56,646 bases of DNA from Actinomycetota bacterium (GTDB taxonomy: Bacteria > Actinomycetota > Actinomycetes > S36-B12 > UBA5976). This document shows positions 49,575 to 56,646 of the stretch, one piece after another. The stretch is from the NCBI GenBank assembly GCA_016870575.1, contig VGBH01000004.1, forward strand, positions 1 to 56,646, written 5' to 3'. A program made the translations under genes and the position numbers. Under the pieces are notes generated by a model. That model saw only the letters and a list, made by a program, of their open reading frames with translations. It ran no database searches and was not told the origin of the DNA. Within the stretch, counting starts at the first letter, position 1. Each line of letters starts with the position of its first letter.

Positions 49575-49862
49575 TTATGCCGGCTGAGAAGTGGGGCTGG
49601 ATGTTAGAACTTCACGCCACGAGCTTCGATTGGGATGCTTGCGCAACAAAACTCGACGTTCACGTTCTGTCAATCCACCCCACACCCCAAAGGGAATCCG
49701 GTTATCTAAAGACTCAATCAGACATTCCGTAACAACAGGACAGCGCCGACAGACCCGCTTGATTGAATGCTGATCTGATGCGGTTGAAAACATCAATTCA
49801 GGGTCAATGTCAGCACAAGCCGCGTCGGCCCGCCACCCCACCAAGGTGAATCCCACGGACAT
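49575..49862 (-). CDS. whiB4: WhiB-family Fe-S regulator, WhiB4/WblA orthologue
   Basis: WRADAAC, CRRCPVVTEC, FGVWGGLTERERR; divergent from ponA2. Start uncertain (ATG 49862). Confidence 0.88.
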   Translation of the reverse strand: MSVGFTLVGWRADAACADIDPELMFSTASDQHSIKRVCRRCPVVTECLIESLDNRIPFGVWGGLTERERRVLLRKHPNRSSWREVLTSSPTSQPA

Positions 49863-49964
49863 ATCTCGCCAGTTCTTGGTGACTAAAAAGTAAATCACTG
49901 GGGGGTGGGAGGTGAATTTGCTGCAAACCTCTACACCCGCAAACACGTCGCCTACGCTTACGCT

Positions 49965-52091
49965 ATGCGCAGCACATTCCTCAGTCGGTTTGTCCAATTT
50001 GTTGCAATCGCAACTTTGATTGGTGCGCTAACAGCTGTTGCTGCAGCTCCAGTGGTAGCACTCTCTGGAGCGGCGCTGCGTAATGTAATTGTGGAGTTTC
50101 AAAATCTGCCAGCTGCACTAACTACTCCGCCACTACCAGAGAGAACTCGTATCTTGGCGAACGATGGCACATTAGTTGCCAGTATTTTTGATGAAAACAG
50201 AGTCGAAATTCCATTGCAAGCGGTATCACCACTAATGCAACAAGCAATGATTGCAGTAGAAGATTCGCGATTTTTCGAACACAGCGGTTTTGATTTACGT
50301 GGCCTGGTTCGCGCTTTTTTTGCTAACGCTACCGCTGGTGAGGTAGTACAAGGCGGATCTACTATCACTCAGCAATTAGTTGAAAACACTTTATTGCAAA
50401 CGGCAACTACTCCCGAAGAAGTTCAAGCAGCTCGTGCTCAATCGGTTTTGGGAAAGATTCAAGAAATTCAATATGCACTTCAACTTGAACGAACCTTAAC
50501 CAAGCAACAAATACTTGAACGTTATCTAAACGTGTCCTACTTTGGAGCTGGTGCTTATGGCATCGAATCAGCAGCAAGAAGATACTTTTCTAAATCAGCC
50601 GCTGAACTGAATGCAAATGAAAGTGCAATCATTGCCGGAATTGTGCAATCTCCTTCCGCTAATGATCCAATTGCATATCCGGAACGCAATGAAGCGCGGC
50701 GAAATGTGGTACTGGAACAAATGGTGGATTTAGGCTTTTTATCGCGAGCAGACGCTAATAAGTATAAAGCCTTATCAGTTGCGCAATCTCTTGATTCAAG
50801 TGAGTTATCTAATGGTTGTGTATCTTCTTATGCACCATTTTTCTGCGATTATGTGCTAACCGAAATTAGAAATACACCAGCGTATGGTGCGACATTAGAT
50901 GATCGTGAAGCATTTTTGCGCCAAACAGGTTTAACCATTCAAACAACACTAAGACCAGATGTGCAGCGCTCAGCACAAGCTGCAGTTGATACCACTATTC
51001 CAAGAGATGATGAAAGTAAAAAAGCAATCTCAATAGTGATGGTTGAGCCAGCATCGGGTGGAATAATCGCAATGGCACAAAATCGTCTCTGGGGAACTGA
51101 AGGTGATGGCTACACCACCTACAACTACGCAGTTGGTCGAGAAAACAATGGCACTGTTGGTATGCAAGCTGGATCTACCTTTAAGGCATACACCCTTGCT
51201 GCAGCATTTAATCAACGTATTTCACCAAGTTTAGTAATAAGTGCTAGGTCACCAAAAACTTTTAATTTCACTGACTGTTTATCAGGAGAGCCGTTAGAGC
51301 CTTACACAGTTCGTAATTCAACTCGAAGTGGCAGATTTACGATGGCTCAAGCAACTGCCTATTCAGTCAATACTTATTTTGTTCAGTTATCACAGATGGT
51401 AACTCCCTGTGCAATTGGTGATATTGCAGAAGCAATGGGAGTTAGAACTGGAAGTGGTGGACCAGTTGAACGGGTGTCATCACTGACCCTCGGTGTAATT
51501 AATGTAACCCCATTAACAATGGCATCAAGTTATGGTGTGTTTGCTAATAAAGGAATTTATTGTCCGCCAACTGCAATTGCAAAAATAACTGATCGCACGG
51601 GTCAGATTGTTAGCGTGCCAGCAACAAGGTGCAGTAAAGCAATGGAACCGCAAGTTGCAGATGGAGTAACAGATATGTTGACTCGAGTTGTTGATGGTGG
51701 AATTGATGGTAGGACTGGAGCTCGAATGAGCTTAGGGCGTCCTGCTGCTGGAAAAACTGGAACTACTAATGAAAATAGTTCGGTTTGGTTTGTTGGTTAC
51801 ACCCCAGATGTTGCTGCTGCTGTTTGGGTGGGTGATCCTCGAGGTGGATTTAAGTATCCACTTCAAGATATTACGATTAATGGCAAGTATTATCGTCAAG
51901 TTTATGGATCAACTATGGCAGGTCCGATTTGGAAAACTGCAATGTTAACTGCACACCAAGGAAAACCAAAGCGCAGTTTTAATTTAGAAACTTGGTATGA
52001 CCCACTAGAAGTGTTGTTGTTTCCAGGTGAATCAACTGTAATTGAGCCTGCTCCCAATGTAGAAGATGAGATACCAGAGGGACTTGACTAA
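49965..52091 (+). CDS. ponA: Class A penicillin-binding protein (PonA2-like transglycosylase/transpeptidase)
   Basis: EDSRFFEH, GGSTITQQL, STFK, SVN, KTGT motifs. ATG 49965 lies 6 nt after TACGCT. Confidence 0.93.
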   Translation: MRSTFLSRFVQFVAIATLIGALTAVAAAPVVALSGAALRNVIVEFQNLPAALTTPPLPERTRILANDGTLVASIFDENRVEIPLQAVSPLMQQAMIAVEDSRFFEHSGFDLRGLVRAFFANATAGEVVQGGSTITQQLVENTLLQTATTPEEVQAARAQSVLGKIQEIQYALQLERTLTKQQILERYLNVSYFGAGAYGIESAARRYFSKSAAELNANESAIIAGIVQSPSANDPIAYPERNEARRNVVLEQMVDLGFLSRADANKYKALSVAQSLDSSELSNGCVSSYAPFFCDYVLTEIRNTPAYGATLDDREAFLRQTGLTIQTTLRPDVQRSAQAAVDTTIPRDDESKKAISIVMVEPASGGIIAMAQNRLWGTEGDGYTTYNYAVGRENNGTVGMQAGSTFKAYTLAAAFNQRISPSLVISARSPKTFNFTDCLSGEPLEPYTVRNSTRSGRFTMAQATAYSVNTYFVQLSQMVTPCAIGDIAEAMGVRTGSGGPVERVSSLTLGVINVTPLTMASSYGVFANKGIYCPPTAIAKITDRTGQIVSVPATRCSKAMEPQVADGVTDMLTRVVDGGIDGRTGARMSLGRPAAGKTGTTNENSSVWFVGYTPDVAAAVWVGDPRGGFKYPLQDITINGKYYRQVYGSTMAGPIWKTAMLTAHQGKPKRSFNLETWYDPLEVLLFPGESTVIEPAPNVEDEIPEGLD

Positions 52092-52540
52092 CTAAGCAGT
52101 TTTTTAACTAAGGATGCAACTTCAGCGCCATCCGCACGGCCAAGTGTTTGTGGTTGCACAATTTTCATTACTGCTCCCATTGCTTTCATCCCAACCAGAC
52201 CAGTCGCAACAACTTCAGCAACTGCTGATTTAACAATCTGTTCTAACTCAGCAGCCGAAAGCGCTTGCGGCAAATATTCACTCAAAACTGCAAGCTCCGC
52301 TTCTTCTGCTTTCGCACGATCTTCTGCACCAGCACCGCGATAAACCTCAGCTGCTTCTTTTCGCTTTTTAGCCTCGCGAGATAGGACTTGAATAATCTCA
52401 GCTTCAGATAGTTCTCGAGCTTCTTTGCCTGCAACCTCTTCAGTTTTAATCGCAGCAAGTGCTAAGCGAATAGTGGCAGATCGAAGTTCATCTCGTGCTT
52501 TTATGGCCGTTGTCAGGTCGTTCTGGAGGCGCTGTTTCAT
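52088..52540 (-). CDS. GatB/YqeY domain protein
   Basis: REAKKRKEA, YLPQAL, MGAVMK, GRADG. Confidence 0.93.
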   Translation of the reverse strand: MKQRLQNDLTTAIKARDELRSATIRLALAAIKTEEVAGKEARELSEAEIIQVLSREAKKRKEAAEVYRGAGAEDRAKAEEAELAVLSEYLPQALSAAELEQIVKSAVAEVVATGLVGMKAMGAVMKIVQPQTLGRADGAEVASLVKKLLS

Positions 52541-52570
52541 AGGTTAATAATGCCGTGCCAAGATAAATCC
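52541..52570. promoter_or_regulatory. Back-to-back probable leaderless promoters
   Basis: Minus-strand CATTAT (52547-52) 6 nt from the yqeY ATG; plus-strand CAAGAT (52559-64) 6 nt from ATG 52571. Confidence 0.45.
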
Positions 52571-53461
52571 ATGGGAATGACCCGCACAATCGGCCGAATC
52601 ACTGTTGTCACTTCTGTGCTGGCGGCTACCTGGGCATATTTTATTGAACCCAGCTATTTCACTATTAGGCGCGAAGTAATTGCTCGACCCAATCAAAAGC
52701 TAATTCGAATACTGCATTTAAGTGATTTGCATTTAACTAATAAAACAAAAGGCTTGCAAAATTGGTTGCGTAAGTTAGAGGTAGAAGATCCAGACCTAGT
52801 TGTTCTTACTGGAGATTTAATTGCAGATGCCCAAGCACTCGATCCACTACTTGATGCTCTTGAGCCGCTCTTAGATCGTCCCGGTGTTTTTGTCCTTGGT
52901 AGTAATGATTATTACGCTCCAGTGTTAAAAAACCCAGTTAAGTATTTAAGGGCGGATTCTGGTGAGCGCGCATATGGTGCAGAGCTACCTTGGCATAATT
53001 TAGTAAGTTTGCTTGAATCAAGAGGCTGGCAACATCTAAATAATTCTGAAACTATTATTGAACTGGATGGAAAAAAGATTCAGATTAAAGGCGTTGATGA
53101 TCCACACCTTCAACGAGATGATTTCAGTAATATTAATGACCAATTTAAGAATGTCGATTTTCGATTAGCAATTGTGCACGCACCTTATCAACGAGTGTTA
53201 GATAAATTTACCGATCTCGGCGCTGAATTGATTTTGGCAGGTCATACCCATGGCGGACAACTAAGAGTCCCCGGATTTGGGGCGCTGGTAACTAACTGTG
53301 ATTTAGATCGTAAGCGTGCTCGAGGATTACATCCACATATTTCAAATACAGGTAACACCAGCGCAATAAACATTTCTGCTGGATTGGGAACGAACCCATT
53401 TACTCCAGTTAGATTCGCATGCCGACCTGAAGCAGTCATGTTAAGTGTTGGTATTGAATAA
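52571..53461 (+). CDS. Calcineurin-like metallophosphoesterase (Rv3683/YkuE-like)
   Basis: HLSDLH, TGDL, GSNDY, AGHTHGGQ, PVRFACRPE. Confidence 0.92.
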   Translation: MGMTRTIGRITVVTSVLAATWAYFIEPSYFTIRREVIARPNQKLIRILHLSDLHLTNKTKGLQNWLRKLEVEDPDLVVLTGDLIADAQALDPLLDALEPLLDRPGVFVLGSNDYYAPVLKNPVKYLRADSGERAYGAELPWHNLVSLLESRGWQHLNNSETIIELDGKKIQIKGVDDPHLQRDDFSNINDQFKNVDFRLAIVHAPYQRVLDKFTDLGAELILAGHTHGGQLRVPGFGALVTNCDLDRKRARGLHPHISNTGNTSAINISAGLGTNPFTPVRFACRPEAVMLSVGIE

Positions 53462-53581
53462 GAATCTAGATTTTTCAGTCTATTACTTACCTATTTTTGC
53501 TTAACCCCGACTGAAGTGTGGTCTCAATTTAGTGTTTGGCATTATTGCCCCCTGTCCGCGCTAGTTCTCTATCGCAGACAT

Positions 53582-53671
53582 GGAGGGCTCGCATAGTGGA
53601 CTAGTGCAGCGGTCTTGAAAACCGCCAGGTCGGCGACCCCGGCCTCGTGGGTTCAAATCCCACGCCCTCCG
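53582..53671 (+). tRNA. tRNA-Ser(TGA)
   Basis: GGAGGGC/GCCCTCC acceptor, GCGGT-CTTGAAA-ACCGC anticodon arm, long variable arm, GGTTCAAATCC. Confidence 0.96.
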
Positions 53672-53676
53672 CGCAA

Positions 53677-53766
53677 GGAGACGTCGCCTAGCCCGGTCCA
53701 TGGCGCCCGCCTGCTAAGTGGGAGGGGACCAAAATCCCCACGTGGGTTCAAATCCCACCGTCTCCG
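53677..53766 (+). tRNA. tRNA-Ser(GCT)
   Basis: GGAGACG/CGTCTCC acceptor, CCCGC-CTGCTAA-GTGGG anticodon arm, long variable arm, GGTTCAAATCC. Confidence 0.95.
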
Positions 53767-53821
53767 CGGTACGTTGTAGTGATATCTGCGTTTCATCGCA
53801 GGTCTACACTGCGCCGAATTA

Positions 53822-53897
53822 GCGCCCGTAGCTCAACGGATAGAGCATCTGACTACGGATCAGAAGGTTAGGGGTTCGAATCCCTTCGGGCGCGCCA
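53822..53897 (+). tRNA. tRNA-Arg(ACG)
   Basis: GCGCCCG/CGGGCGC acceptor, TCTGA-CTACGGA-TCAGA anticodon arm, GGTTCGAATCC, encoded CCA. Confidence 0.97.
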
Positions 53898-53949
53898 ATC
53901 TGAGCGTGGTTTTAGCTATTTTAAATCTCCTAATCCTAGAACTTCGTTC

Positions 53950-53982
53950 TTTTGCTTTCATTTTGCTTTCATTTTGCTTTCA
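53950..53982 (+). repeat. Three tandem copies of TTTTGCTTTCA; probable integrase arm-type binding sites
   Basis: Perfect 11-bp units at 53950, 53961 and 53972; the last overlaps the integrase stop codon. Confidence 0.85.
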
Positions 53983-54207
53983 ACCGTTTTCGATAGCCCT
54001 GGCAAATAGATCCGCGACTTCTTGCTTTTGCTCAGGTCGAATGTGAGCATAAATCCGTAGAGTCGTAGAAATGTCCGAGTGACCGAGGCGATCTTTCACA
54101 AGATGAACACCTGCACCAGAATTTAGGAGTTCGGTAGCGTGGAGGTGACGAATCGAATGCAAAGACTCAGATCTAAGTCCTAGCTTCTTTGCCTTCTTTT
54201 TGAACAA
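53980..54207 (-). pseudogene. Tyrosine recombinase/integrase, C-terminal remnant
   Basis: HSIRH (HxxR), LGHSDISTTLRIY (catalytic His and Tyr); only 75 aa, upstream frame closed, no N-terminal domains or first catalytic Arg. Confidence 0.9.
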
Positions 54208-54401
54208 TTGATGCTGAATTAGAGTTATGGTTCAGTGGTTTGGGTAAAGTTAAATTCGAGTTTGACTCAAAATTTGATGTTAGATTGTTCAGTAAGTTTC
54301 TAGGTAAATATCTCTTGTAACGAGATTTAGTTGGAGGGCTTGGCGCGCTGATTCTAAGGTGCCAGCGGGGGTGTTGATTTTTATCGGTTTGACCACAGTG
54401 T

Positions 54402-55994
54402 TTATGGCAGTAATCTAATTGAGGTAATCAATAGGAATAAACCTGCAAAAATTTGAATTATGGCAGCTCCGATTGGGAAATAGTTAGCTAGCTTTAGCAG
54501 AAGTTTGGATCTAGATCTTTGATTTTCGATACTCAAGAAAATGCGTTGAACTGCATAGCCAGTGGTCATTAATACTCCAGCCATGCCAATTCCATACCCA
54601 ACAACTAGTAATACTCCGTACCAGATATTGCCAAGGGCTGCGGAGCCCACCAAGATGGCTAGCGCTGATGGAGTAGGCAACATTCCGCCCAATAACCCAA
54701 AGACCCGCAGGCGAGTATTGCTAAACCCAAAATGATGGTGATGGTCATGCCCATGATCGTGACTGTGCACATGAGAATGCTTGTGGTGTTTTAGTTCATG
54801 CACTCTGCTTCGAAGAATGTAAGCGCCAAGACCAATGAGAAATATGCCAAGCACTATTGCTAAAACAGAGATAATCAAATCAGATGACTGAGAGAAACCA
54901 AAATAGATCACTGCACCCAGAGTTAAAACACCGACAGTGTGGGATGCCCCTATATTAAAGGCCAACCTAAACAACTGTGCTCGCTTTAATGCTTTATCTA
55001 CTGAGAGTGCCAACATCATAGATTTGCCATGCCCTGGAGCAAACGAGTGAAGTGCCCCTAGAAATATGGCCAGCAAGAATCCGAGTGAGGCAATTGAAAA
55101 GTTTAGTTCGCTAACACGAAACAGTTTGGTACTCCAACTCGAAACCAACCTTTGATCCAAACTTTGGCTAGAACCAGCGGATTGCAGTTGTGTTGGATTA
55201 GGTATCGGGTCTTCGCCAATAACTCGAGGAGGTTGGGTTTCTATGGGTTCTGGCTCTAGTTCATCATTTGCGTCCTGGGTTGCTTCTGGTTTGGGTTTGA
55301 TCTCAACTATGGGTTCTGGCTCTAGTTCATCATTTGCGTCCTGGGTTGCTTCTGGTTTGGGTTTGATCTCAACTTCGGATTCTTCTGGATAGAAGACTAG
55401 GAAACTAGCTTCGGTGTCTCTTAGAAACTCAGGCAAGGTGGAGTAATCAGTGAGAGTTTTGGTAGGAGAGTTGAGAGGATAATCGCTGTCTGTGGTTATG
55501 TTTTTAGAAGGTCGAACCATCAATTCACGATGCCCAGGTATATCAAAGTTTAGATCTTGCCATTCGATGCTGTTAACACCATAAAGTATGGTGTCACTGA
55601 GGAATTCACAGTCAATCCAAAGTATTCCAAGTTGTGATGTCGATAAATCAATTCTGGCCTTTGACTTAATTAGGTTAAATTCAAGATCAAAACCACTTGC
55701 CTTTATTGAAATAGCTTTTTCAAATTCTTTGCACTTATTGCTGCTGTAAGTATTACTCTCAAAAGCATCTAAACTGAGATTATTATCCAAATCTGCCATA
55801 GCAATTTCTGGAAAAGAGTTTAACTCACTTAAGACTGAGCTGTAGTAGATTTTTATGCCATCACTTTTAAACTCAATTGTGGTCGAAGTATCTATGTAGT
55901 GGTTAAGATTTGGATGAGATGCTGCTGGCCCAGCAATGAAAATTAGAAGCCCAAAAATCAGGGATAGCAGCATCGCCCTGTTAGATAATCTCAA
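54402..55994 (-). CDS. RcnA/HoxN(NiCoT)-family Ni/Co transporter with N-terminal extracytoplasmic domain
   Basis: Signal peptide ending AAS-HP, soluble domain, acidic Pro-rich linker, then LHSFAPGHGKS, SHTVGV, His-rich loop HHKHSHVHSHDHGHDHHHH, GGMLPTPSAL. Native start probably TTG 55994 or ATG 55973. Confidence 0.85.
   Translation of the reverse strand: MRLSNRAMLLSLIFGLLIFIAGPAASHPNLNHYIDTSTTIEFKSDGIKIYYSSVLSELNSFPEIAMADLDNNLSLDAFESNTYSSNKCKEFEKAISIKASGFDLEFNLIKSKARIDLSTSQLGILWIDCEFLSDTILYGVNSIEWQDLNFDIPGHRELMVRPSKNITTDSDYPLNSPTKTLTDYSTLPEFLRDTEASFLVFYPEESEVEIKPKPEATQDANDELEPEPIVEIKPKPEATQDANDELEPEPIETQPPRVIGEDPIPNPTQLQSAGSSQSLDQRLVSSWSTKLFRVSELNFSIASLGFLLAIFLGALHSFAPGHGKSMMLALSVDKALKRAQLFRLAFNIGASHTVGVLTLGAVIYFGFSQSSDLIISVLAIVLGIFLIGLGAYILRSRVHELKHHKHSHVHSHDHGHDHHHHFGFSNTRLRVFGLLGGMLPTPSALAILVGSAALGNIWYGVLLVVGYGIGMAGVLMTTGYAVQRIFLSIENQRSRSKLLLKLANYFPIGAAIIQIFAGLFLLITSIRLLP
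55242..55373 (-). repeat. Perfect 66-bp tandem duplication (VEIKPKPEATQDANDELEPEPI x2) in the transporter linker
   Basis: 55242-55307 and 55308-55373 are identical; frame preserved. Confidence 0.95.
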
Positions 55995-56279
55995 GTTTGT
56001 ACCTTTCTTTTTCAGAGGAACTGATACATCCATTAACCAATTTTCCTGTTGATGCAGGGTTCCTCTAGGTTCAAGAAGTTTGATTTCTAGGAGATCAAGA
56101 ATCGCCGCATCTTGTCCTGTTTGAAGGCAATGTTCATTAGCTTGGAGTTCTTCAGACGGATGTTCCGTAACTGGTCTGATCCATTTTGAATAAGTCCCGT
56201 TGTAGAGAGCTTTGCCCGCAAGACAACGGCCACTGTGTTTTCGTGAATTAGCGAGGCAGACGAATGTCGCTGTATGCAC
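55995..56279 (-). pseudogene. N-terminal part of a dual-OB-domain protein, in frame with the downstream transporter
   Basis: FVCLANSRKHSGRCLAG, WIRPV, LDLLEI, HQQENW match the first half of the dual-OB family as I recall it; sequence switches abruptly to a signal peptide after about 95 aa. Confidence 0.7.
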
Positions 56280-56624
56280 GGCTCTACTGTCCGCTCCGAC
56301 TGATTTTCTTCGAGTCGCCCTGTAAGCCGGATACAGAACCTAAAAAAAAATTGCAGAAAGAATAATCATTAAGAAAATCATACGAGAAACTCGGCTTATT
56401 CAGGCGATGACGGCCCCGGTTTACTCCCAGGGGCTAGGTAATTCTGGGTGCTTGCTAGTTAGCAATTACCCCGTCTTTAATATCACGCGCACACCCGCAA
56501 AAGTCGCGCTTTTTCTCTTTCTTTAGTTTCTAAAAAGATAACTAGTGTTCCTCTTGTCCTATTCGGGGAGAAAAAGGACTACGGAGGGTCAAGGGTGTCC
56601 TTTAGTTACTAAAAAAGCACCCTT

Positions 56625-56646
56625 ACTTGCTTTCAATTTGCTTTCA
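56625..56646 (+). repeat. Two further tandem copies of the 11-bp unit (ACTTGCTTTCA, ATTTGCTTTCA) at the window end
   Basis: Same TTGCTTTCA core, period and orientation as the array at 53950-53982. Confidence 0.8.

Larger units (their letters stand above)
53898..56646. mobile_element. Degenerate integrative element / genomic island at the 3' end of tRNA-Arg (right boundary at or beyond the window end)
   Basis: Directly follows a tRNA; integrase remnant; same 11-bp repeat array near both ends; non-core cargo. Confidence 0.7.

Noticed and set aside
368-53439. The many 60-200 aa antisense or out-of-frame ORFs in the track (e.g. 17774-18307, 21969-22556, 48226-48777, 3235-3519)
   Set aside because: They lie opposite or within well-conserved genes, have no recognisable motifs or RBS, and are typical shadow ORFs.
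53950-53982. CRISPR array
   Set aside because: Units are 11 bp, directly adjacent, with no spacers and no cas genes.
56320-56340. AGCCGGATAC resembling the start of group II intron domain V
   Set aside because: The complementary half of the domain V helix and any intron-encoded protein are missing.

Overview
Chromosomal segment of an AT-rich (GC roughly 40% by eye, not computed), gene-dense actinobacterium. Gene content and order (radA-clpC, lysS-coaX-panC-fol-ftsH-hpt-tilS, tRNA-Thr-holB-tmk-topA, ssd-tad, acs, nth-crp-whiB4-ponA2) match the conserved Actinomycetota backbone, but many usual neighbours are missing, as in streamlined freshwater lineages (inference). About 58 CDS or CDS remnants and 4 tRNAs. 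Two accessory zones: (i) about 18.3-32.4 kb, ending at the 3' end of tRNA-Thr (ion, arsenic, redox and copper-related genes, several damaged); (ii) from tRNA-Arg(ACG) at 53.9 kb to the window end, a reduced integrative element with a tyrosine-integrase stub, the same 11-bp tandem repeat at both ends, and an RcnA/NiCoT-type metal transporter fused in frame to a truncated dual-OB domain. Missed by the ORF track: a Cys-containing leader peptide (24920-25000) and a DUF4177 gene (49397-49555). Other oddities: a DnaJ-type CxxCxGxG motif inserted in a fasciclin lipoprotein, a structured leader on hppA, a protease-less marP, single in-frame TAA stops in an aquaporin and a TadE gene, and frequent leaderless promoter architecture. 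No CRISPR array, rRNA or intact mobile element was seen. I cannot demonstrate a new biological system from sequence alone; the tRNA-Arg mini-island is the best candidate. All family assignments come from recalled motifs and synteny, not database searches.
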